This document shows positions 31,766 through 40,539 of a DNA stretch of 64,000 bases, piece by piece (the stretch's first letter is position 1; each line of letters opens with the position of its first letter). The notes beneath the pieces were generated by a model. It was not told where the DNA came from, searched no databases, and was given only the letters and a program-made list of their open reading frames with translations. Position numbers and translations under genes: made by a program. Origin of the DNA: Tagaea sp. (GTDB lineage: Bacteria > Pseudomonadota > Alphaproteobacteria > CACIAM-22H2); the NCBI GenBank assembly GCA_044378015.1, contig JBILXZ010000003.1, forward strand, positions 17,931 to 81,930, written 5' to 3'.

Positions 31766-32644
31766 ATGGCCGAATTTCGCACCGTCGCGCGCCGTTCCGC
31801 ACTTTACGTGCCCGGCGCCAACCAAAGGGCGCTCGACAAGGCGCGCGACGTCGATGCCGACGTGCTGATTTTCGACCTCGAAGACGCCGTCCATCCGGAT
31901 CGCAAGGACGTGGCGCGCGATCAGGTGATCGCAGCCTTGCGCAAAGGCGGCTATCGCGCCGAAACGGTCGTGCGCGTCAATCCGCTCGGCGGCAAGCTGG
32001 GCGCGGCCGACATCAAAGCCGCCGCCCGCTCCGGCTGCCAGGCGGTGCTGCTGCCCAAGGTCGAGAGCGCCAAGGAAATGCGCGACGCGGCCCTGCGCCT
32101 TGCCGCCGCCGGCGCGCCCGAAAACGTCGTGCTCTGGGCGATGATCGAAACGCCGCTCGGCGTGCTGCGTGCCCAGGAAATCGCGCTGTCGAGCCCGCAT
32201 CTGGCATGCCTCGTGATGGGCACGTCCGATCTCGTAAAGGATTTGCGCGCGCGCCATTCGGAAGACCGCCTTGCGATCATGCCGTCGCTGGGCTTGTGTC
32301 TGCTTGCGGCGCGCGCGGCCGGGCTGCCGATTCTCGACGGCGTGCATCTCGATCTCAACGACGATGCCGGCTTTGCCGCCGCTTGCCGCCAGGGGGCCGA
32401 CATGGGCTTCGACGGCAAGACGCTGATCCATCCCAAAACGATCGCGGCCTGCAACGCCGCGTTCGGGCCTTCGGCGGCAGACATCGATTGGTCGCGCAAA
32501 GTGATCGCGGCTTTCGAAGCGGCGGCGGCCAATCACGAGGGCGTGATCGTCGTCGACGGCAAGCTCGTCGAGCATCTGCATGTCGAAAGCGCGCGCCGCA
32601 CGGTGGCGCTGGCCGACGCGATCGCCAAGCGCGCCGCAGCTTGA
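31766..32644 (+). CDS. HpcH/HpaI aldolase / citrate lyase beta subunit (CitE)-like acyl-CoA lyase
   Basis: The CitE-like pattern (…VLIFDLEDAV…, …IETPLGV…) suggests malyl-/citramalyl-CoA lyase-type chemistry. Confidence 0.75.
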   Translation: MAEFRTVARRSALYVPGANQRALDKARDVDADVLIFDLEDAVHPDRKDVARDQVIAALRKGGYRAETVVRVNPLGGKLGAADIKAAARSGCQAVLLPKVESAKEMRDAALRLAAAGAPENVVLWAMIETPLGVLRAQEIALSSPHLACLVMGTSDLVKDLRARHSEDRLAIMPSLGLCLLAARAAGLPILDGVHLDLNDDAGFAAACRQGADMGFDGKTLIHPKTIAACNAAFGPSAADIDWSRKVIAAFEAAAANHEGVIVVDGKLVEHLHVESARRTVALADAIAKRAAA

Positions 32645-32953
32645 GGTCGACGCAGCCGTCATCCAAAAGATTCGTGCATATCGATTGCGGCTAAGGTACC
32701 GAACCTCAAATCGCCGGAGGTTTCGCGAACAAGGCCTGGTGCGAGCGGTGCTTCGACTGCAGATCAATTTTCTGATGAAGAAGTGCAAACGTCACGTACA
32801 CGATTGAGCGTATGCGGACGATCGGAAATAAGTCGGGCATTCGCATGCCCATCGTTGCCGACACTGCATTTGATTTCGCCAAACCGCGTTATTGACGAAG
32901 CGATGCGGCATATTTTATCCATAAGAATATCGAATTCTCCGGAGAAAAGAGAA

Positions 32954-33202
32954 ATGGCTGCATTTGAAGCGCTGAGCGGTCGATTTCGCATCGGCGAGCG
33001 AAGCGGTGCCGACTATGCGCTGGTTTCGGCGATCATGCCGGACATTTGCGTTTCGGCGCGGCTGTCGCTCAGCGAAATCAAGACGCTGTTCGGACGCTGC
33101 AGTACCGACAGCACGACCCCCAAACTTTTCGCGAAAGCCGAGAGATCTGTCGTGGCTAGCGCAGTCAAGAGCGTCGCGAGTCAGACGGCGCGCGCGGCCT
33201 GA
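32954..33202 (+). CDS. Hypothetical small protein (82 aa) in lower-GC spacer
   Basis: SD GGAG lies upstream of the ATG (MAAFEALSGRFRIGERSG…). It is antisense to a long spurious ORF. No family was recognised. Confidence 0.3.
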   Translation: MAAFEALSGRFRIGERSGADYALVSAIMPDICVSARLSLSEIKTLFGRCSTDSTTPKLFAKAERSVVASAVKSVASQTARAA

Positions 33203-33274
33203 AGTCGGCGGGAAGGCCGATCTGGTGCGGCGATCCGCTCTGCCATAAGCTGCAACCATGAAGGGTTCGAAACC

Positions 33275-34324
33275 ATGCGTCGACGTCTGATCGCCGCAGC
33301 CGCTTTGATGTGCGCAGACTTTTTGGGGCCGATTTCCGGGCATGCGGCAGAGCCGGAAATGACGCTGCGGATCGTCGGCGGCCTTGCGGGCCAGCCGGTC
33401 TACGCGGCCAAGGAGGTGCCGTTTTGGCAGACGCGAATCGCGGCGGCGACCGGCGGGCGCCTCAAAGGCGAGATCACGCCGTTCGACCGCAGCGGCATTC
33501 GCCCCGAAGAGATGCTGAATCTGATCCAGCTCGGGGCGATGCCGTTCGGAACGGTCCAATTCGGTCCGGCTTCTCTGTTCGAGCCCTTCCTGCTGGGCTA
33601 CGATCTGCCGGGTCTGAATCCCGATTTCGCTTCTTTGCGCGCGAACGCGGCGGCATTTCGCGCGCAAATCGAAAAGCATTTGCGCGATCAGCACGACGTC
33701 GAGCTGCTCGCGGTCTATACTTACCCGGCTCAGCTCGTTTTCTGCGCCGAACCGTTCTCGGATCTTTCGCAGCTTGCGGGCCGCCGGGTCCGCGCCGCGA
33801 GTGCCGCCACCTCGCGCATGCTCGAAGCCTTGGGCGCGCTGCCCGTCCTCGTTCCCTTCGCGCAAGTCGTCGATGCCGTCCACAAGCGCGTCGTAGACTG
33901 CGTCGTCACCGCCGCGACGTCGGGCAACATTCTGGGCCTGCATCGCGCGACGACGCACATCAGCCCGATGCCGATCAACTTCGGACCAATGGGTTTCATG
34001 GCCAACGGGGCGGCGTGGCGCAAGATACCCAAAGATCTGCAGGACATTCTGCGCCGCGAACTCGCCGTTCTCGAGGCCGAGATATGGGACATGTCGGAGC
34101 ACGACACGCGCGACGGGCTCGCCTGCAACGTCGGACAGAAAGCGTGCGCCCTCGGCGAGCGCGGCAAGATGATGCTCGTGCCCGTCTCGGCCGCCGACGA
34201 ACGGCGCATGCGCGAGATTCTGCGCACCCTCGTTCTGCCCGAATGGATCGCGCGTTGCGGCGAGACGTGCCGCAGCGTTTGGAACGAAACGCTGGGCGCC
34301 AAGCTCGACATGCCGATTCCATGA
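33275..34324 (+). CDS. TRAP-transporter DctP-family periplasmic solute-binding protein (orphan, no DctQM partner)
   Basis: Signal peptide MRRRLIAAAALMCADFLGPISGHAAEP. DctP-family motifs are present (…EEMLNLIQLGAMPFGTV…, …LAGRRVRAASAATSRMLEALGALPVLVPFAQVVDAVHKRVVD…). Confidence 0.75.
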   Translation: MRRRLIAAAALMCADFLGPISGHAAEPEMTLRIVGGLAGQPVYAAKEVPFWQTRIAAATGGRLKGEITPFDRSGIRPEEMLNLIQLGAMPFGTVQFGPASLFEPFLLGYDLPGLNPDFASLRANAAAFRAQIEKHLRDQHDVELLAVYTYPAQLVFCAEPFSDLSQLAGRRVRAASAATSRMLEALGALPVLVPFAQVVDAVHKRVVDCVVTAATSGNILGLHRATTHISPMPINFGPMGFMANGAAWRKIPKDLQDILRRELAVLEAEIWDMSEHDTRDGLACNVGQKACALGERGKMMLVPVSAADERRMREILRTLVLPEWIARCGETCRSVWNETLGAKLDMPIP

Positions 34325-34348
34325 TCTCCAGCGGCGAGCGCGTTCAGC

Positions 34349-37300
34349 ATGGCTAGTTTGAAGCGACGCGCAATGGCGCTCGGCGCAGGGCTCGCGCTGT
34401 GCGCGATCCTGGGCGCCGCGACGGCGCTTGTGCTCGCGCGCGGCGAGGCGGCGGCGGTCGCCGTGCTCCGCGGTTCGGTTGCCAGCATCGCCGCGAACAC
34501 CGGCGTGCGCATCGACCGCGAATTGCTTCAGACCGAAACGCTTCTTGCCCGCGTGCCGCTGATACTGCGATCGCTCGACGGCGCGGCGCCCGAAACCGTC
34601 GTCAGCCGCGAGCTGTGGCTGTTCGCCGACCAGTCGACGCTGCTGCGCGACATCCTCGTTGTGGCGGCGGACGGCCGCGTGCTCGCGTCGGCCTTGCCCG
34701 CAGCAAGCCGCTTGCCGCCGGAAACTCTGGCCGCGCTGCTCGGCAGTCTCTATCGGGGTGCGGGCGAAACGGTGGCGATCGCTTTCCCGCAGCGCAACCG
34801 GACAACCGGCGAATGGGTCACGCTGATCGGCCGGACGGTCGAAATCCCGGGTGCAGGCGAAGTTCTGGCGGTCGGGGAGGTCGAAGTGCCCGTCCTCTCC
34901 GAGATGATCGCCGATCGCGGGCCGCTCGAACGGCGCATGGCGATCGAACTGCGCGATGGCCGCTTGATTGCCGCCTCGCCGCACGACGAAATCGGGATGG
35001 GGCTGGTGCGCCAGCCGCTTCCGGAAATTCTGCTCGCACCCGAGAGCCAGTCGCTGGTCGGTGCTCTGCGCGGCAGCGGCGCCGAAACCGCCGTCGCGGT
35101 TCGAACGCTGCACAATCGCGCTTTGGTGCTGGTCGCAACCCTCGACCTGCATGCGGGCTTGGCCGACTGGCGCGCCGAGCGCAACCGGATCGCGGTTGCC
35201 GCAGCCGCATTTGCGGCGCTGATCCTTTCGTTCGCGGCCTTTGCGCATCGCGCGCAGAAAATCCGCTTGCGTTTGATGGATCGCTTGGCGCTGCAGGTTG
35301 CCGTCGTCGAAAACGCCGGAGAGACGATCGTTGTCGCCGATCCGAACGGCTGCATTCTATGGGTCAATCCGGCGTTCGAACGCAGGACCGGCTACACGGC
35401 CGCCGAAGTCGTGGGCAAGCGTCCGGGTGCGTTTCTCCAGGGACCCGACACGGACCCCGCGGCGGTCGCAAGACTTCGCAGAGCGGTCGTAACGCAGCGC
35501 AATTGCGACGTCGAAATCCTCAACTACGCAAAATCGGGCGAGAGGTACTGGCAGCGCGTGCGGCTGGCGCCTGTTCGCGACAGTCTCGGCGAGCTCACGC
35601 ATTTCATTTCCGTCCAGACCGACGTGACGCGCGAGCGCGAGCAGCTCGCGAATCTGGCCGCAGCCAAGCTGGAAGCGGAGCGCAATCTGGCGGTCGCAAG
35701 CGTCGCGCACGGCCAGCTGCGCAACGCCATGGATGCCATGCGCGAGGGCCTGATGCTGCTCGACCGCGACGACCGTCTGCTCAAGTGGAATGCGCAGTTC
35801 GAGGCCAAGCTCGGCCTGCCGCCGGAATTCCTGCGCGAAGGCATGAGCCTGCTGGAGCTGACGCTGGGCGCCCTCGAGATCCGCGAACCGAAGCTGTCGC
35901 CTGCCCTCCGCGCCGGCAAAGCGGCCGCGCGCGTCGCCGTCCATCGCCAGCCGCACATGCGCGAGGAAGAGCTCTCGGTGCGCGGCCGAACGGTCGTGCT
36001 CCGGCGCACGCTGCTGCCGGACGGCGGAATAATGTACGTTTATCGCGACGTGACCGACGAACGGTTTGCGACCGAGCAGCTGCGACGCGCCAACGACGTG
36101 CTGCACGCGTCCGAGACGCGTCTTGCGCTGGCGCTCGAAACGGCGAATCTCGGCTGGTGGGAGCGTGCCGCCGACGGCCGCGTCGGTTGGAGCGCGCGGG
36201 CGCGCGAGATCTGGGGCATCGCGCCCGAAATCGTTCCGAGCGTCGAGGCGTGGCGCAGCTGCCTGCATCCCGACGACCGAGACACCGTCGACGATTCGCT
36301 GGAGCTTCCCGACGGCCGCCATGTGCGCAACTATCGCGTCGTCCACGCGGACGGCAGCGTGCGTTACGTGCGCTCGCAGCGCCTGATCACGCGCGAGAGC
36401 GGCGCTGGCGGCGTGGTGGCGCTGGGAACCGTTCTCGACTGCACCGACCTCGAAACGCTGCGGCAGGCGGCCGAGCGCGACCGCGAGACGCTGGCCAGCG
36501 CGATCAATGCGATGCGCGACGGCATTCTCCTCTACGATGCGGGCGAACGTCTCGTTTCGTGGAACGGCCGCATCGTCGAGATTTGCCCGTGGCTCGAAGG
36601 CGCCCTGGCGCCGGGGCTCGCCTATGCCCGCATCGTGCGCGCGGAACTCGAGCGCGCCGACGGAGACCGCACGCCCGCAGAGATCGAAGAGGCGGTCGCC
36701 GAGCGCCGCCGATCCTTCGCCGAAGACGACGGCAGGATGTTCGAGATCGCGATCGAGGGGCGCGTTCTGCATACGACGCGCATTCCGGTCGCCGCCGGCG
36801 GATCGCTCGGAATCGTGCGCGACGTGACCGAGCAGAAGGCCTACCAAGCCGAACTCGAAGAGGCGCGGCGCGCGGCCGAGGCTGCCAACGAAGCAAAGAC
36901 GCGCTTTCTCGCCAACATGAGCCACGAACTGCGCACGCCGCTCGCGGGCATCGTGTCGATGCTGGGCCTGCTCGACGAGGCCGCTCTCGACGAAGAGGGA
37001 CGGCGGCAGGTGTCCTACGCGCGCGGATCGGCCCAGCACCTGATCGGCGTGGTCGGCAACATTCTCGATCTGTCGAAGCTCGAGATTTCCGATATCGTCC
37101 TCAACCGCCACCCGTTCGATCTCGTCTTGCTGGTGAACGATTCGGTCCAGCCGCTCGGCGCGATGGCGCGCAGAAAAGGTCTCGAACTCGAAGTCGCGAT
37201 CGCGGAATCCGCGCGGGGCTTGCGTGTCGGCGACGCGGCGCGCATCCGCCAGATTCTGACCAATCTGGTCGGCAACGCGATCAAACTCACGGCGGTCGGC

Positions 37301-38389
37301 CGCGTGTCGGTCGCGATTTCGGCGGCGGGCGATTTCGTCACCTTCGCGGTGGCCGATATCGGACCGGGCATTGCGCGCGGCCAGCAGCATCGCCTGTTCG
37401 AGGATTTCGTCCAGATCGATTCGTCGAGCGCGCGGCGCCACGAAGGCGCGGGCCTGGGCCTCGCGATCAGCCGCCGTCTCGCGACCGCGATGGCAGGCGA
37501 CCTTGCGGTCGAAAGCGACGTCGGGCGCGGCGCGACGTTCCGCCTTGTGCTGCCGCTGCCGCCGTTTGCCGGGCCGTTGCCGGCCCTCGCCGAGCCGGCG
37601 GCGGCGCCCGCACCGCTCGACGGCATGTGGCTGCTGCTGGCCGAGGACAACGAAGTGAACCGCTACGGGATCGTGCGCATCCTCGAAGCGCTGGGCGCCA
37701 AGGTCGACGCGGTCGGCGACGGCGCCGCGGCGGTCGCGGCCGCCGCACGGCGCCGCTACGACGCGATTCTGATGGATGTCCAGATGACCGGCATCGACGG
37801 GCTTGAGGCCACGCGCGAAATCCGCGCCACCAGCGGCCCGAACGCGGGCACGCTGATCGTCGCATTGACGGCCAACGCCTTCACGGCCGACCGCAACGAG
37901 TGCCTGCGCGTCGGCATGGATCGGTTTCTGGCGAAGCCGGTCGATGCCGCCGATCTTTGCGAGGCCTTGGCCGATTCGGCGCGCGTGCGGGCTGCGCGTG
38001 CCGCGCCGCAAACGGCGCTGCCCGCCGCGGACCCCGCCTCGTGGATCGACCGCGTGCGCATCGGCAAACTGGAAGCTGACGGCGGCGCGGGGTTTGCCGA
38101 AAGCTTGATCGGGCGCTTCGCGTCGACCCTCGAATCCGAATTGCAGTCCCTCGACGGGGCTTTGGCGGCCGGCGATGTCGTCAAGGTCGCGGCGCTGGGC
38201 CATGCGCTCAAAAGCTCTTCGCGCATGGTCGGTGCGGCGGGCCTTGGCGAAGCCGCCGAGACGCTCGAACGCATCGCGTTCGACGCGGCACCCGAAACGC
38301 TGCGCGAAGCGATCGCCGCCTTCGGCCTGCGCGCGCGGCATTTCCGCGATTTCGCGGCCCGCTTTTTGGAGTCCGACAAAAAAAAGTGA
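34349..38389 (+). CDS. Unorthodox hybrid sensor histidine kinase (TM-periplasmic Cache-like-TM-4xPAS-HisKA-HATPase_c-REC-HPt)
   Basis: 1346 aa. Two TM segments flank a periplasmic domain of about 250 aa. HisKA H-box MSHELRTPL, then N/G boxes, then a receiver (LLLAEDNEVNRY…DVQMTGIDG), then a C-terminal HPt (GHALKSSSRMVGAAGL). Confidence 0.9.
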   Translation: MASLKRRAMALGAGLALCAILGAATALVLARGEAAAVAVLRGSVASIAANTGVRIDRELLQTETLLARVPLILRSLDGAAPETVVSRELWLFADQSTLLRDILVVAADGRVLASALPAASRLPPETLAALLGSLYRGAGETVAIAFPQRNRTTGEWVTLIGRTVEIPGAGEVLAVGEVEVPVLSEMIADRGPLERRMAIELRDGRLIAASPHDEIGMGLVRQPLPEILLAPESQSLVGALRGSGAETAVAVRTLHNRALVLVATLDLHAGLADWRAERNRIAVAAAAFAALILSFAAFAHRAQKIRLRLMDRLALQVAVVENAGETIVVADPNGCILWVNPAFERRTGYTAAEVVGKRPGAFLQGPDTDPAAVARLRRAVVTQRNCDVEILNYAKSGERYWQRVRLAPVRDSLGELTHFISVQTDVTREREQLANLAAAKLEAERNLAVASVAHGQLRNAMDAMREGLMLLDRDDRLLKWNAQFEAKLGLPPEFLREGMSLLELTLGALEIREPKLSPALRAGKAAARVAVHRQPHMREEELSVRGRTVVLRRTLLPDGGIMYVYRDVTDERFATEQLRRANDVLHASETRLALALETANLGWWERAADGRVGWSARAREIWGIAPEIVPSVEAWRSCLHPDDRDTVDDSLELPDGRHVRNYRVVHADGSVRYVRSQRLITRESGAGGVVALGTVLDCTDLETLRQAAERDRETLASAINAMRDGILLYDAGERLVSWNGRIVEICPWLEGALAPGLAYARIVRAELERADGDRTPAEIEEAVAERRRSFAEDDGRMFEIAIEGRVLHTTRIPVAAGGSLGIVRDVTEQKAYQAELEEARRAAEAANEAKTRFLANMSHELRTPLAGIVSMLGLLDEAALDEEGRRQVSYARGSAQHLIGVVGNILDLSKLEISDIVLNRHPFDLVLLVNDSVQPLGAMARRKGLELEVAIAESARGLRVGDAARIRQILTNLVGNAIKLTAVGRVSVAISAAGDFVTFAVADIGPGIARGQQHRLFEDFVQIDSSSARRHEGAGLGLAISRRLATAMAGDLAVESDVGRGATFRLVLPLPPFAGPLPALAEPAAAPAPLDGMWLLLAEDNEVNRYGIVRILEALGAKVDAVGDGAAAVAAAARRRYDAILMDVQMTGIDGLEATREIRATSGPNAGTLIVALTANAFTADRNECLRVGMDRFLAKPVDAADLCEALADSARVRAARAAPQTALPAADPASWIDRVRIGKLEADGGAGFAESLIGRFASTLESELQSLDGALAAGDVVKVAALGHALKSSSRMVGAAGLGEAAETLERIAFDAAPETLREAIAAFGLRARHFRDFAARFLESDKKK

Positions 38390-38461
38390 CGCGCGTGGAG
38401 CTGCACGACGCCGGGAGCCGGTGAGCGCGGTCGGGCCGAAGGCACGCGCCGGCTTCCTTTG

Positions 38462-39247
38462 CTATCTGCCGCGAAAGCGGGGTTTGCGCTTTTCAAGGAA
38501 GGCCGCTCGGCCCTCCTTGTAGTCGTCGCTGGCAAAGCAGGCGGCCGCCATTTCGCGGCAGACTGCGATGTCGCGCGCGTCGGGATCTTTCAGGATTTCG
38601 ACGGCGATGCGCTTGACCGCCGCGATCGTCAGCGGCGCGTTGTCGGCGATGGCGGCCGCCATTTCCATGGCCGTTGCCGCAAGCGCTTCGTGGGCAACCA
38701 CGCGGTTGAGGAGGCCCCATTGCCGCGCTTCGTCGCAGCCGAAGCGGCGGGCGGTGAAAAAGATCTCTTTCGTGGCGGCGGGTCCGATCGTTTCCATGCA
38801 GCGGCGCAAGCCCTCGTAGCCGTAGCCGAGACCGAGCTTTGCCGCGGGCAACGCGAAAACGGCTTTTTCGCTCGCCACGCGCATGTCGCAGCAGAGCGCG
38901 AGCGCAAGTCCGCCGCCCATGCAGTAGCCGTTGATCATCGCGATGGTCGGTTTTGGAAACGCATAGAGCCGTTCGGAGACCCGATCGACGACGTCGTTGT
39001 AGATCGCCGCCGCCTCGGCCGTCGCGCGCTCGCTTGCGAATTTCGAAATGTCCGCGCCCGACGCGAACGCCTTGTCGCCCGCCCCCGTCAGCACGACGAC
39101 GCGCAGATCGGCGTCGGCGGCGAAAGTGTCGAGGATTTCGCCCGTGCGCTGCCACATCTCGAGCGATAGGGCGTTGTGTTTTTCGGGATTGTCGAACGTC
39201 ACGATCCCGATGCGGCCGTCTTTGCGCGCCAGTATTCCATCCGTCAT
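38462..39247 (-). CDS. Enoyl-CoA hydratase/isomerase (crotonase family)
   Basis: 261-aa C-terminal part of track ORF 38462..40522, starting MTDGILARKDGRIGIVTFDNPEKHNALS. Has the oxyanion-hole residues (GAGDKAF…). Confidence 0.85.
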   Translation of the reverse strand: MTDGILARKDGRIGIVTFDNPEKHNALSLEMWQRTGEILDTFAADADLRVVVLTGAGDKAFASGADISKFASERATAEAAAIYNDVVDRVSERLYAFPKPTIAMINGYCMGGGLALALCCDMRVASEKAVFALPAAKLGLGYGYEGLRRCMETIGPAATKEIFFTARRFGCDEARQWGLLNRVVAHEALAATAMEMAAAIADNAPLTIAAVKRIAVEILKDPDARDIAVCREMAAACFASDDYKEGRAAFLEKRKPRFRGR

Positions 39248-39261
39248 TTCCTGTCCGCTCC

Positions 39262-40446
39262 TCAAATCGTGCCGGCGCTTCTGAGCGCCGCAATCTCGTC
39301 GGCGTCCAACCCGAACTCGGCGAGAATCTCGTCGGTGTGGCCGCCGCGCGGCGGCGACGCGCGGGCAATTCGGCTCGGGCTGCGGCTCAGCGCCACCGGC
39401 TGGCCCATCAGCGAAAGATCGCTGTCGGCGACTTTCTGGGCAACGCCCAGATGCCGGATCTGCGGATCGGCGAACATCTCGTCGATCCGGTAGATCGGCC
39501 CGCACGGCACGCCCGCCGCATTGAGCGTGGCGATCCATTGGGCCGTATCGAGGTCGCGAAAACGCGCCTGCAGCGCCGCGTTGAGCGCGTCGCGATTGGC
39601 CGAGCGCAGCTCCGGCGTGGCGTAGGCGGGTTCGGCGATCAACGCACCGAGACCCATTGCCTGCGCGCAGCGCTCCCAGATCGCCTGGCCGGTCGTGGCG
39701 AGATTGAGATGGCCGTCTTTGGTCTCGAACACGCCGGTCGGGATGATCGTCGGATGGTTGTTGCCCGCCTGGCCCGCCACCTCGCCCGCCACGAGATAGC
39801 GCGCGGCCTGGAAATCGAGCATGAAAGCCTGCGCCTGCAGCAGCGAGGTCTGCACCCATTGGCCGCGGCCGGACACTTCGCGCTCGAGCAATGCCGTCAA
39901 GATTCCGAGCGCGCAAAACAGGCCCGCAGTGAGGTCGGCAAGCGGAATGCCCGTGCGCAACGGTCCCTGGCCCGGCACGCCGGTCACCGACATGAGCCCG
40001 CCCATGCCTTGCGCGATCTGGTCGAAACCCGGGCGCGTCGCGTAGGGCCCGTCCTGGCCGAAACCGGAAATGCTGCCGTAGACGATACGCGGATTGATCG
40101 CCTGAAGGTCGTCGTAGGCAATGCCGAGGCGGCGTTTGACGTCGGGCCGGAAGTTTTCGACGACGACGTCGGCCTTGGCGACGAGTCGGCAAAACAGCGC
40201 CGCACCGGCCGGCGCCTTGAGATCGAGCGCGAGGCTGCGTTTGTTGCGATGCAGATTCATGAAATCCGCCCCGTCGCGCGCCGCGCCCATCGGATCGCCG
40301 TCCTCCATGTGCGCAGGCAGCTCGATCTTCACGACATTGGCGCCCCAATCGGCGAGCTGGCGCACGCAGGCCGGGCCCGCGCGCACGCGCGTGAGATCGA
40401 GCACGGTGAAGCGTTTGAGGGCGCTCGAGGCTTCGGCGGCTGGCAT
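39262..40446 (-). CDS. CoA-transferase family III (CaiB/BaiF-like)
   Basis: Starts …LKRFTVLDLTRVRAGPACVRQLADWGANVVKIE…, typical of formyl-CoA transferase/CaiB-family enzymes. Confidence 0.85.
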   Translation of the reverse strand: MPAAEASSALKRFTVLDLTRVRAGPACVRQLADWGANVVKIELPAHMEDGDPMGAARDGADFMNLHRNKRSLALDLKAPAGAALFCRLVAKADVVVENFRPDVKRRLGIAYDDLQAINPRIVYGSISGFGQDGPYATRPGFDQIAQGMGGLMSVTGVPGQGPLRTGIPLADLTAGLFCALGILTALLEREVSGRGQWVQTSLLQAQAFMLDFQAARYLVAGEVAGQAGNNHPTIIPTGVFETKDGHLNLATTGQAIWERCAQAMGLGALIAEPAYATPELRSANRDALNAALQARFRDLDTAQWIATLNAAGVPCGPIYRIDEMFADPQIRHLGVAQKVADSDLSLMGQPVALSRSPSRIARASPPRGGHTDEILAEFGLDADEIAALRSAGTI

Positions 40447-40539
40447 GTCGGTTTCTGTTTCCCCCGGTTTTGACCGTGCGGTCGCTTGCGCATAAGCTGC
40501 GGTCGTTCGGCGGGGAAGTCAAACGCGGGGGCTTGCGGC

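Noticed and set aside
38390-38461. Hairpin GCCGG-TGA-GCGCG…CGCGC-CGGC between the convergent hybrid kinase and crotonase genes
   Set aside because: It has a long loop and no U-run. It may be a bidirectional terminator, but the evidence is too weak to call.
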